Source: Octopus vulgaris
Lineage: Eukaryota
Reading direction: 5' to 3'
Length of the DNA: 64,000 bases
NCBI GenBank assembly: GCA_951406725.2
Contig: OX597830.1
Span: 62,744,001-62,808,000, forward strand
Part shown: positions 1 to 12,057 of the stretch, in pieces
Layout: every line of letters begins with the position of its first letter
Position numbering within the stretch: position 1 is the stretch's first letter
Made by a program: the position numbers and the translations under genes
The notes under the pieces: generated by a model
Told to the model about the DNA's origin: nothing
Databases searched by the model: none
What the model saw: the letters and a program-made list of their open reading frames with translations, nothing else

Positions 1-619
1 GAGAGCTGGCAGAAACGTTAGCACACCGGACGAAATGCGTTGCGGTATTTTGTCTGTCTTTACATTCTGAGTTCAAATTCTGCTGAGATCAACTTTGCCT
101 TTCAGGCTTTCAGGGTCGATTAAATAAGTACCAGTTACACACTGGGGTTGATGTAATCTATTTCTTTACTACCCACAAGGGGCTAAACACAGAGAGGACA
201 AAGAAGGACAGACAAACGGATTAAGTCGATTATATCGACCCCAGTGCGTAACTGGTACTTAATTTATCGACCCCGAAAGGATGAAAGGCAAAGTCAACCT
301 CAGTGGAATTTGAACTCAGAACGTAGCGGCAGACGAAACACCGCTAAGCATTTCGCCTGGCGTGCTAACGTTTCTGCCAGCTCGCCATTGATGTAATCGA
401 CTTAATCCCTTTGTCTGTCCTTGTTTGTCCCCTCTATGTTTAGCCCCCTGTGGGCAATAAAAAAATGATTATATAACATGATATTACTGGGAGATTTTTC
501 TTTTTCATCAGCCTGTTGAGTGCTTTTGAGTAAATACTTGGTGATGAATTTTTTGTAACATGATATTGTTAGAAAATTCGTTTTCCCTAGGTCCATTGTA
601 TGTCGCCGCTAGAAACCCA

Positions 620-1012
620 CATCATCATCATTTAGCGTCTGCTTTCCATGCTGGCATGGTTTAAGCTAGAGGGTCACACCAAGTTCCAGTCTAATTTGGT
701 ATGGTTTCTACAGCTGGATGCCCTTCCTAATATCAACTACTCTGAGAGCGTAACAGGTGCTTTTTACGTGCCACCAGCATGGGTGCCATTTACCTGACAC
801 TTGCAATGGCCACGACTATGGTTTCACTAATTGTGACAAGTCTTCTCAAGCACAGCATATCGCCAACTGTCTTGGCCACTTGTCGTCACCTCCGTGAGGC
901 CCATTAAGAAATCATGCTTCACCACCTCATCCCATGTCTTCCTGGGTCTACCTCTACCACAGGTTCCCTCTACAGTTAGAGATTGTCCCCATCCATATGC
1001 ATCACGTGACCA
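620..1012 (-). mobile_element. RTE-type LINE 3' fragment
   Basis: VEGTCGRGRPRKTWDEVVKHD..W, an RTE C-terminal motif, followed by 3'UTR and (GAT)n tail. Confidence 0.8.
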
Positions 1013-1056
1013 CATATCTTCCTTATTTTAAAATTTGCAGTTCCTTCTGCCACCAT

Positions 1057-1413
1057 TCTTTTACTTGTTTCAGTCATCTGACTGCGGCCATGCTGGAGCA
1101 CCGCCTTTAGTCGAGCAAATTAACCCCTGGACTTATTCTTTGTAAGTCTACTATTTATTCTATTGGGCTCTTTTGCCGAACCACTAAGTTACGGGGACGT
1201 AAACACACCAGCATCGAGGGGGACAAACACAGAAACACAAACATATATATGACGGGCTTCTTTCAGTTTCCCTCTACCAAATCCACTCACAAGGCTTTGG
1301 TCTACCCGAGGCTATAGTAGAAGTCACTTGCCCAAGGTGCCACGCAGTGGGACTGAACCCGGAACCATGTGGTTGGTAAGCAAGCTACTTACCACACAAC
1401 CACTCCTATGCCT
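1057..1413 (-). mobile_element. tRNA-derived SINE family A (representative). Other copies ~29305-29670, 31208-31590, 38259-38610, 42377-42760, 45125-45520, 49145-49542, 50650-51062, 52025-52386, 53268-53656, 57370-57860, 60412-60825, 61912-62360
   Basis: Repeated ~350-400 bp unit: GGAGTGGCTGTGTGGTAAG (A box) .. GGTTCAGTCCC (B box-like) .. internal (TA/TG)n .. GACTGAAACAAGTAAAAG tail. Confidence 0.9.
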
Positions 1414-1575
1414 ATAGAAAAAATTTTTTTTTAAGTGAAAAACAAAGGATCTTGGAAGTTGAAGAGCAAGTGTCTTGAGCCAAACAAAGCCTTCTCAGTA
1501 GATGTGGTAAATAGAAACTGAAAGAATCCCATCATATATGTGTATGTATGTCTGTAATATATGAGTATATATATG

Positions 1576-1609
<34 letters not shown>

Positions 1610-2347
1610 CCCATTAGTTTCTCTGGAATAGAATAAAGAAAAATTTAGTGATATTTCTGGTTTTCACTGAATATTTACCTTTATTATATGGTATTTATTA
1701 CTTCTCTCTCTCTCTCTCTCTCTCTCCCCCTCTCTCTGCTCATCTGAGTCCATCTATCTGTTTTTCTCTGTCTTTCTATCTATTTCTCTCTCTCTCTGTC
1801 TCTCTCTCTTTCTCTCTCTCTCTCTCTCCCTCTCTCTGCTCATCTGAGTCCATCTATCTGTTTTTCTCTCTCTTTCTGTCTGTCTTTATCTCTCTCTCTC
1901 TCTCTCTCTGCCTTTCTTTCTCTCTCTCTGCCTTTCTTTCTCTCTCTCATGGCATTTCTGCAACTTGCTTATTCACCACTAAAGCGTTAAACCAAGGTCA
2001 ACCAAGGTCAGCCAGATTGTATTTCAAATTTTACCAAAATTCCAAGTAAAATAACAAATAACGGATGTATTCAATGAAAGTCGGTAAAGTACCAAACTTG
2101 TCAGAGTCAGACAAAATGCCTTGTGGCATTTCCTTGCTGCTCTTTACATTCTGAGTTCAAATCGTGCGGAAACCAACTCTACTTTCCGTCCTTCTAAGAA
2201 GAGACAACATTCAATACTAGTCAAGTACCGATTGGTTTACTCTTACAATAAACCATTGTTGCTATAAATAGAATTACAAGAGAAGACAAAACCGAAACTT
2301 GGCTCTTTTGAAGTAATATTTACATTAATTTATGGCTCTTGTTGGTT

Positions 2348-2348
2348 A

Positions 2349-2385
<37 letters not shown>

Positions 2386-2454
2386 TTGTCTCTCTCTTTC
2401 TCTCTCTCTTTTTGTCTCTCTCTCTCTCTCTTTCTCTTTCTCTCTCTCTTTTTG

Positions 2455-2485
<31 letters not shown>

Positions 2486-2795
2486 TTGTCTCTCTCTCTC
2501 TTTGTCTCCCTCTCTTCTTGTCTCTCCCTCTCTCTTTGTCTCTCTCTCTTTGTCTCTCCCTCTCTCTCTCTCTTTGTCTCTCTCTCTCTTTGTCTCTCCC
2601 TCTCTTTTTGTCTCCCTCTCTTTTTGTCTCCCTCTCTTTTTGTCTCTCTCTCTCTTTGTTTCTCTCTTTGTCTCTGTCTCTTTGTCTCTCTCTCTCTCCC
2701 CATTTTTATCTCTTTCTCCCCCCCCTTTTGCCTCTTTCTCCCTCTTTTTGTCTCTTTCTCTCTCTTTTTTCTCTTTCTCTCTCCCCCTCTCTCCC
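2348..2795. repeat. (CT)n-rich polypyrimidine tract (another at ~1580-1950)
   Basis: Direct inspection. Confidence 0.95.
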
Positions 2796-3265
2796 CTAAT
2801 ATTTTAACAACTTTCTCTTTCTCACTAAACTATTAAATCAAGTTCAAAGAAAACAGATTCTTTCAATTTTTCCCAAATTCCATATTTAATGGAAGGAATT
2901 AGTGAAGTGGCAGAATTTTTCTTTTTGTCTCTTATTCAGGAGGGAAGGTAGTGCACCTGGTGCCAAAGAGGGCCTCCAAAACTTGTGAGAAGGAGGGAAG
3001 AAGGTATCCTCAAACTAGGGGCCTGGACCAAATGCTTACAACAGGACAGATTCCTCTCAAAGTAACCAAGAACCAAGTGGTGGTATTAAACTGGCTTTAA
3101 TTGTTAAAATGGTTGCCTTGATGCTGCTGTATTAACAATTGAAGCCATTTTAATATCACAACGTAGCAAGAAGGAAAGAAACTAGGCTGCTGTGACAAAT
3201 TTTATATGGTGAACTTTCCACTGGAAGAAGACTCCGTGGCCATTCCCTCTGTCAATATGAGGATC

Positions 3266-3668
3266 AGTTAAGTTAAGTTAATTTTTTGGCTCAAAAAGCA
3301 AAAATCAAGGCCATGTAGGGGGGACATGGAGTTATGTACAGGGAGGGTGTTCATGCAAAGAGTTCAGGCCATTTCTGGTCAAGAGAGACTTTGAACCGAG
3401 CGGTCGTCGGCATCTTCACTATCTCCTCCGGCAGCTTATTCCACGGATCTGCAACCCGGACAGAGAAAGCCCCTCTCCTTCGATTGGGATGAAATCGTCG
3501 CAGATAGAGCTTTTCGGAGTGACCCCGCAGCTGACGCTCTGGAGCATGAGTGAAGAACAGCTCTTTCGAGAGGTTACGCTTTCCGCTTATGATGTTGTGA
3601 GCAAGAATGAGATCACCACGGCGTCGTCGTTTTTCTAGAGAATAAAGGTCGAGCGTCTTCAGCCTTTC
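3266..3668 (-). mobile_element. CR1-type LINE 3' fragment
   Basis: Minus translation RLKTLDLYSLEKRRRRGDLI..RGHSEKL..FSVRVADPWNKLP, the CR1 ORF2 C-terminus; short tandem tail at 3266-3281. Confidence 0.85.
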
Positions 3669-4296
3669 AGCTGAAGCAAAGCCTAAAACTCACTGGAATC
3701 GATCCCATAGCCTGGGACATTGAAGCTCAAGACAGACCCCTACTGACATCATACCATCTCCACTGTGACAAATCATTTTGAAGCTGAACGTCAGAGGAGA
3801 GAGGAAGAGAAATGAGAAGACAGAAAACGGAGGCAGCAACAGCCAAAGCCTCCACCACGGAGCCATTGGGACACTTCCATGCAAGAATCAGCCTCATTAG
3901 TCATCAGAGGTATAAACTCAGACAGAGGGGAAGAAGTGGTCAAAAAGAAACCAAATAAATTATTGGACACACAATAAAATGCTGTCGCCACCGCCAAGTT
4001 GTTAATATGTTGGACAAAGTCGCAAGCGGGAAAAAAAACCCATTAGCATGCTACACAAAATGCTTAGCTGCATTTCGTCTGTCTTTAACTCAGGAATGTA
4101 CACCAAGGAGCAGAATAAATGAGCCAGAGGGGGCACCTCTAGGTGGTGGCATAACCTGCTAGAAATAGCAGCCAAGTTCCCCTCTCAAATCACACCCTAC
4201 CATTTTTAGCTCTTTAGCACTTAAATTGGCCACATCTGTGAAAGATATTCTTCCTGTTTCATTTTCAAGTGAAGGTGCATGGCTCAGTAGTTTGAG

Positions 4297-4840
4297 CAGT
4301 GTTTCTCAACCTTCTTACCCTTGCGTAACCCTTAAAATGAATTTCATGTGTCAAGGAACCCCTACACAAAAAATTATACACCATATTTTTTCATCGTAGT
4401 TCATGTGGTAAATGTTATATATATATATATTCATCATCATCGTTTAACGTTTGTTCTCCATGCTAGCATGGGTTGGACGGTTCAACTGGGATCTGGGAAG
4501 CCAGAAGGCTGCACTAGGCTCCGGTCTTATCTGGCAAAGTTTCTACAGCTGGATGCCCTTCCTAACGCCAACCACTCCGAGAGTGTAGTGGGTGCTTTTT
4601 ACGTGCCACCTGCACTGGTGCCAGGCGAGGCTGGCATCGGCCACGGTCGGATTGGTGCATTTTACGTGCCACCTGCACGGAAGCCAGTCGAGGCGGCACT
4701 GGCTTCGGCCACGATTCGGATGGTGCTTTTTATGTGCCACCAACACGGTAATTATAATCCTGAAATTAATATTAGCTTATCTCACTCTTTCTTGCGGAAC
4801 CCCTAGGAACCTTTTGTGGAACCCCAGTTGAGAAACACTG
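4297..4840. mobile_element. hAT-type MITE inserted in a SINE head and containing an RTE-tail repeat (4431-4742)
   Basis: 14-bp TIR CAGTGTTTCTCAAC/GTTGAGAAACACTG; degenerate 8-bp TSD AGTTTGAG/GGTTAGAG. Confidence 0.8.
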
Positions 4841-5541
4841 GGTTAGAGTGTCAGGCTTACAATCATGAGGTTGTGAGTTCGATTCCTGGGCCTGGCTATT
4901 TGTTGTTCTTGAGCAAAACACTTTATACTTTATCTCATGTCACTGGTGCCAAGCTGTTTCAGCCTTTGCTTTTCCCTTGGTCAACATTGGTGGCACAGGG
5001 AGAGGAGTCTGGTATGCATGGGTGATTGCTGGTTTTCCACAAACCACCTTGCAAGGGAACTTTCTAGGTGCAATCCCATGGTCGTTTGCGGTTGAAGGGG
5101 GTCTTTATTTTTTTTCTGTGTTCAAACAGGCCAGATCTGGCCTCTCACACCTACCCTACAATGTCATTCTATAAATAAACAATCACATCATTGAAATCTC
5201 AAAGGTACGAAATTATACATGATTAATTAAAAAACAATGTGAATAATTAAGTATTACATTTGACTAATCAATCAGAATGCTGAAGGGTTTAGGAGAAAAA
5301 TACAAGGTGTATAAGAGAGAGTACAAAGGATGGGAGAGAATAAGAGAGAATACAACAGAGATGGGGGGACAAAGAATAATGCTGTGAATGGAGAAGAGGG
5401 GGGTGGATTTCTAATGTTTTTAAAATTATATTTTTGTCTTTTATTGCAGGTTGCCTCACCATTGTACCTTTCAGTGAACTCTACAGTTTTACTGGTTTAC
5501 TGACACACAGACAGACAGTTTGACAGATTCAGCTTATCAAA

Positions 5542-5799
5542 ATGATGAGAGAAATCGTAAAGAACCTTGCTGTAATGATGTCCACGATGGTGGCTGTCCC
5601 TTACACAATAGCTATATTGTGTAATCTGCTGTATGGCTGGCCTCTATCACGACAACGCTTAAAAGATTCTCTTAGTCTGAAAAAGGTTTTCGCCTTGAAT
5701 TACGCAGTTTGGCAGCAGATGAAGCTCTTCAAATATTTCACCCTCTACATTCGGCTGAAATTCTTTTATAAATATTCTCACTCTTCTTGGGTAATAAAG
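5542..5799 (+). CDS. Coding exon 1 of an ICME-like alpha/beta-hydrolase (esterase); exon begins at 5450 with 5'UTR
   Basis: Polypyrimidine tract and CAG acceptor ending 5449; in-frame TGA at 5521 precedes caaaATG at 5542; hydrophobic N-terminal segment (LAVMMSTMVAVPYTIAILCNLLYGW); donor AAG|GTAAGT; 258 nt, phase 0. Confidence 0.8.
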
Positions 5800-6140
5800 G
5801 TAAGTGGCTCCATCATTAATTACTACGAAAATACAAATCATCATTAAAAACCATAAAACAAAGAAATCTTTTTGTTGTTTCAAGGAGCCCTTTAAGGATC
5901 AGAACTTAGTTCCGACTTTAAGGCATCAATTGGGTGAGAGTTATGACTTGGGGTAGCTAGAATATTAAATTGATGCTGGGGTATTTTTGGAAGATTTGGT
6001 GCTTATTCCCAGCGTCTAAGTTGTCTGAGATATATATGAAGTGTACTGGCTAAATACATATTACAGACATGTATAAAATATATATACAAGTACACATACA
6101 TACACAGCATATACATACTTACACACACACTCACATACAT

Positions 6141-6173
<33 letters not shown>

Positions 6174-6709
6174 GAGCAAAACGCCCCCCCTCGTCCAATG
6201 GATGGTGCTGAGTTGTCAAACATTTAAACCAAATTTTCTCAAAACAACTTGTCTGACCATCCCATAGGCCTCTCCTTTGAGAAACACTGATTTAACATAA
6301 ATTTGAGACACCAGCAAAAGAAGAAATAAAGATAGATTTTTTTTTCTATTCCAAGAAAGACAATTTTACAAATGCACGTTCCCACGACTTTATCGATCGC
6401 ATTCTCACCTGGAATCGATTTTTGTAAAATTTTTCAAGACTTATACAAGCCCTGATACCATCGGTATCTACATATCAAATTTGAGCGCAATCGGATGGAG
6501 GATGCCTGAGATCCTAGAAGACACACACACAGAGAAAATGGATTTTATATAATAGATATATATATATATAGTTTAGGACAATCAGTAAGTTGTCATAATA
6601 GTACTCAGAGTTTCAAATGCTGGAGCTAAGAGCTATGATGCATTCTCGTTGGCTATTAATGGTAATAGATGCTATGAAAAAAAACATTGAATAAAAAAGT
6701 TACTCTAAT

Positions 6710-7085
6710 CATCATCATCATACATCATCATTTAGCGTCCGTTCTCCATGCTAGCATGGGTTGGACGGTTCAACTGGGGTCTGTGAAGCTGGAAGGCCCA
6801 GTCAGATCTGGCAGTGTTTCTACGGCTGGATGCCCTTCCTAACGCCAACCACTCCGTGAGTGTAGTGGGTGCTTTTTACGTGCCACCTGCACAGGTGCCA
6901 GACAGAGCTGGCAAACGGCCACGAACGGATGGTGCTTTTACGTGTCACCGGCACGGGGCCAGGTGAGGCTGGCAACGGACACGAACGGATGGTGCTTTTA
7001 CGTGCCACCAACACGGGGGCCAGACAGAGCTGGCAAACGGCCATGAAACGGATGGTGCTTTTACGTGTCACCGGCACGGGGGCCA
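6710..7085 (-). mobile_element. RTE-3'-end repeat family C with internal 60-63 bp tandem units; copies at 4431-4742, 8528-8843, 43240-43700, 51385-51650, 51660-51920, 62400-62575
   Basis: (CAT)n-CGTTTAACGTCCG..CCATGCTAGCATGG..CTGGATGCCCTTCCTAACGCCAACC followed by repeated GGTGCTTTTACGTG units; same 3'UTR as the RTE fragments. Confidence 0.8.
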
Positions 7086-7284
7086 TAAAAAATATGCAAC
7101 CATATTCTCACAATACATAGACATAAAACCTCCTGCGTTCATAACGTCTATACACATACAAACTCACACAAACATTATGAACACTGGAGGTTTTTTTGTC
7201 TATGTATTGTGAGAATATAGTTGCGTGTATTTTTTATCTTTGCTGAATGTGTAATGTCAGTGTGCATGTATGACAGTGTGTAAG

Positions 7285-7945
7285 TGGCTTGAGAGAAAAG
7301 CTGGACATAAGAGGCATCAGATGTGGTGTGCAAGAGAGGTGACTGCAGTGGTACAGTCATGTGATGCATATGGACAAAAACAGCTGTGTGAAGAAGTGCC
7401 AAACTCTAACGGTGAAGGGAATCTGTGGAAGAGGTAGACCCAGGAGACATGGGACGAGGTGGTGAAGCCTGATCTTCGAATGTTTGGTCTCACAGAGGCA
7501 ATGGCAAGTGACCGAGACCCTTAGTAATATACTCTGCTTGAGAAGAAGACCCGTCAAGCCAACTGAGATCGTAGTCGTGGCCAATCCTACTGTCATGTGA
7601 CTAGCTCATAAAAATCACCCCTCGAACGTTGGGCAATATGCTGTACTTGAGAAGACCTGTCAAGCCAAGTGAAATCATAACTGTGGCTGATGCCAATGCT
7701 GGTTGGCAGACACATATGTAAAAAGCACCATTCGAGCATGTGGATGATGCTGTCAATGGCACCTGTGCTGGTGGCACATAAGAGCCCCCACTACACTCTT
7801 GGAGTCATTGGTGTTAGGAAGGGCATCCAGCCATAGAAACCATGCCAAACCAGATTGGGGCTTAGTGTAGTTCCCCAGCTCACCAGTTTTCAGTCAAACT
7901 GTCCAACCCATGCTAACAGATGTTAGATGATGATGATGATGATAC
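7285..7945 (+). mobile_element. RTE-type LINE 3' fragment
   Basis: Decayed RL.W..HV..M..GICGRGRP coding remnant, then 3'UTR shared with the GGAAGGGCATCCAG repeat family, (GAT)n tail. Confidence 0.75.
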
Positions 7946-8290
7946 GCATACACACACGTGTATGTGTGTTATGCATATATATATCATCATCATCATCAGG
8001 ACGGTTGACAAGTGCTGGCCAGGTAGAAGACTACTCCAGGCTACTGTGTCTGGTTTGGCAGGGTTTTTACAGCTGGATGCCCTTCTTAATACTAATATAT
8101 ATATATATACGGACGTTAAACAATGATGATGATGATGATGATATGTATATATATAAAGAATGCAAATGGAGTTTAAAAATCATTGATAAGTTCACTATCT
8201 TGAGATAAAATAGGCAAGGTACCCAGCCACTCTTGGTGTTATCTGTTGATGCACCTAGATTCTAATGAATCCTGTTACTAATCTATATAC

Positions 8291-8329
<39 letters not shown>

Positions 8330-8378
8330 CAAGATATGAATAATGGTCATTACATAATTTTCTTTTTTAGAGTAAATT

Positions 8379-8471
8379 TGGCTTACAGCTGTTTCCAGTT
8401 ACTGATAGGTTTACTCAATTGATAAGAAGTTAAACAACCTAAAACAATTAATGCTCCTTTCGTCAGAGCCA
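8379..8471 (-). ncRNA. Type I hammerhead motif, stem II base partly decayed
   Basis: Minus strand UGGCU-CUGACGA-(64 nt incl. UAGGUU/AACCUA)-GAAA-CAGCUG-UA-AGCCA; lies in a ~170-bp insert between (TA)n tracts. Confidence 0.65.
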
Positions 8472-9868
8472 TTTCTGGTTATAACAAAGCAGAGCCACTA
8501 TATGTATATATATATATACATACATATATCATCATCATCATCGTTTAACGTCCGTTCTCCATGCTAGCATGGGTTGGACGGTTTGACCGGGGATCTGGGA
8601 AGCCAGAAGGCTGCACCAGGCTCTGGTCTTATCTGGCAATGTTTCTACAGCTGGATGCCCTTCCTAATGCCAACCACTCCGTGAGTGTAGTGGGTGCTTT
8701 TTACGTGCCACCTGCACTGGTGCCAGGCGAGGCTGGCATCGGCCACGGTCGGATTGGTGCATTTTACGTGCCACCTGCACGGAAGCCAGTTGAGGCGGCA
8801 CTGGCTTCGGCCACGATTCGGATGGTGCTTTTTACATGCCACCATAGAGAGAGAGAGAGAGAAATGAATATATATATACATACATATCATATATATATAT
8901 ATATATAGATGAATATATATACATACATATCATATATATATATATATATATATATATAGATGAATATATATACATACATATATATATATATATCTACACA
9001 CACACACGCACATATATATATATATATAGACAAATAGATAGTTGGATTGGTAGATAGATGTATATATGCTATTAACTGACAACTGAGGTCAAATTCAAAA
9101 TAGTCATAAAAATCCCAATATCGTAATCCCTCACCACATTGCAGATTATTATTTAAGCTTCTGTCGATTCCTCTGTGGTGTTGCTTTGCATTTATAATAA
9201 AATAAAATATACACAAATTATAAAAATAATTTTAAAAAAACAGTACTGTTTATATTTCACAGATTTTCACCCATCACAGGGTTTTTTTGGGGTTTTTTTT
9301 TAATGCAACACCCACAAGAGTCGAGGGATTACTGTATTGCCATTTTTGTTGTTTGTTCAGTTTGTAAATGTCATGGAAGTGCTATGCAGAGCCATAAGTT
9401 ACTCTGCTACCAGGTTTTTGTAGCAGTTTCAGTATCATTTGCTTCGCTTGTAACCCTGTGTGCCATCGAGAAAAAGCTATGAAGATCACATAATTGCATG
9501 TCCTTCTCCGATACATGAGTATATATCTGATAAGAGTAGCCTTGATTGCCAAATTGATAGTGTTGGCCTGACAACCAGTGGAATGGGTAACTATTTTTAT
9601 ATCTGTTTCTAGCAACGAACACCCTTAACTTTGGAGACACTTAACCCAGTTCAGCTAACTTTAAGCAGTTACCACCATCACTGCAGCCACGGTGGCTCAC
9701 CATTTTAAACTATTGATAAGTGTTTCATTTTAATTGTGCTACGTTCAGTCGTTTGTTTACCATCCAGGAAGAGACTTTTGTTCATCTTCTCATTTTGCGC
9801 AGCAGAAAGAATGACACTCTTGCAATTTTGCACAACAAGGGAGATCACTGTGTTATGAAATATAGTGT

Positions 9869-9898
<30 letters not shown>

Positions 9899-9900
<2 letters not shown>

Positions 9901-10092
9901 GGGTGGCCCAAAAGTATTATCTCTTTCGCATTCATATATTAACAGTTTAGATCTTAATTATAGAAATTATATGAAACCATTATTCTATGCTAATTTAGTT
10001 AATTGCAAGATAGAAATTTAAATGTAAAAATGTTTTAAAAGAAATTTAAAGTGCTTACATGATAACTGTAAACCTACATTAGGGCCACCCTG
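9899..10092. mobile_element. Tc1/mariner-type MITE in a (TG)n tract
   Basis: TA-CTGGGTGGCCC..GGGCCACCCTG inverted ends. Confidence 0.6.
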
Positions 10093-11089
10093 TGTGTGTG
10101 TGTGTGTGTGTGTGTATAATATAATATATATATATATATATATATACACATAAGAAGTAATTAAGATTTAGTTGAATAAGGTACTTAAGTTAATACACCA
10201 AGCCAGTCCAGTGTTATCTGCAAGGCTCAAGGTAAGGTGGATAAAAATCAAATAAGTAACAAGGATGTCAAGGTATTAATACAATAAGACCATTCCAGGT
10301 GATTCCATTTAATCAAAGAATGCAAGCATTACATCAATTTGAAATACAGCACCATCTTCAGTTGCAAAAATGCAGATTTTCAACTGACAGGATATTCTGT
10401 TATAATTTTTAGCAAGTATTTCATCAGAGCTGGAGAAGGAAAAAATTCCATGCTGCTCTTAAAGAGAAACCACTACAATTTTGGAATGGCAGAAGTGGAA
10501 ACACAGTGGGGGTCATGAGTTTGGTCATGACATATACATATATGACTACCATCTGTGTAGCATCTCTTATATTCCTTCCCATGACTTTCATCTCTTATGT
10601 CCCTGCTGTAAGGCTCCACTTCCACACACACCAGCTTAATTTAATTCATCCTTAGTTGAAAAACACCTGTTGTTAATGTCCTGTTGTTTTTATTTGTAAT
10701 TGTGTACCATTTCGCCATTTTTTTCCATCCTTGTTTTAGAATACATTATATATAAAGAAAATAAAAAATGGAACAAGAACATAACAGGCGACAACAAAAC
10801 ATCCGGACAGTTTGACGATACAAAAGAGGACAGGAAAAAACAAGGACAGGTCATTCGGAGCTTCCTGTCCTCAGTTGAGTTCCAAATTATCTTTGCAGTT
10901 TCAGTCAGTTACACTCAAGACTGCTCCAATCTGGCCGACCCCAAGATAATCTAAACTAAGAGTACTAGATTCTTTGGAAGAAAGCAAGCAAATGTATACA
11001 AAAACAAGGATGAAAAAACAGAGAGATGGTACACAGTTACAAATACATACACGAATGGACGTTAAACGATGATGAACACACACACACAC

Positions 11090-11144
<55 letters not shown>

Positions 11145-11840
11145 TTATTTCAGTTGTTGGGCTGCGGCCATACTGGGGTTCCACCATGAAAGGTTTTGGT
11201 TCAACAGATCTATTCCTGTATTGTTCTTTCAAAGTCTGTTGCTTATTTTATCAGCCTCTTAAGCTGAGTCACTGACTTATGGAGCTGTAAACAAACCAGC
11301 ACTGGTTTTTAAGCAGGTGTGGGCACACACACACACACACAAACTCTCTGTAATGTGGTTGGCATTAGAAAGGGCATCCAGCCATACAAACCATACCAAA
11401 ACAGACTAGAGGTTAGCAGGGTCCTCCAGAGTGCCGGCTCTTGTCAAACTATCCAGTCCATGCTGGCATAGAAAAGAGATATTAAACGTTGATGATGGTA
11501 CATACACTGGGCTTCCATACAGTTTCCCTGTACCAAATTCACTCACAAAACATTGGTTTCCATCATCATCATCGTCATCACGTCTACTTTTTCCATTCTT
11601 GCATGGTTTGGGCAGAGCTTATCGGGGCAGATTTTCTACAAACTGATGCCCTTTTTCTTGCCAACCCACCCCTGTTTCCAAGCAAGACAATCATATTTCC
11701 CCATGGCCAGCCATGTTTGCACAAAATATTGAAAATGAATGATGACACCCCTTGTATGTCAGTGGCACTCATATACGATTATCACAAGATGTCAAGACAA
11801 AGAGATACAAACAAACAATCGAATCACTCACACATCATAT

Positions 11841-12057
11841 TTAACCCTTTAGTGTTTGCATTATTCTGCCAAAATTAATGCTTTTTTATCCATTGTTTTG
11901 AACTAATCAGGCATTATCTTGTAGCTATGAGATTTTGATGAGGTAGCTGTTAATTTTTAAAACGATTTTGTAGGGTTGGTGTGAGAGACCAGATCTGGCC
12001 ATTTTGAACATAAAACAGGCAGAATACTTTTGGCCGGTTTAAATGCTAACGGGTTAA
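11841..12057. mobile_element. piggyBac-type MITE (second family)
   Basis: TTAACCCTTTAG..CTAACGGGTTAA ends; a related copy spans 45070-46117 with nested insertions. Confidence 0.75.

Noticed and set aside
1648-2836. Long Leu/Ser- or Arg/Glu-rich ORFs
   Set aside because: Translations of (CT)n tracts; no splice or domain evidence
6868-7085. Regularly spaced repeats resembling a CRISPR array
   Set aside because: Inter-repeat segments are homologous to each other, the array is internal to a retroelement-derived repeat, and the DNA is eukaryotic with no cas genes
10290-10430. CUGAAGA and CUGAUGA cores on the minus strand in a TA-flanked element
   Set aside because: Could not close stems I and III; at best a deleted relic
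10845-10880. CUGAGGA/CUGAUGA..GAAU motifs on the minus strand (also ~14050-14085, ~15330-15362, ~16283-16310)
   Set aside because: No canonical GAAA..UH junction and no consistent stems I and II, so not counted as hammerheads
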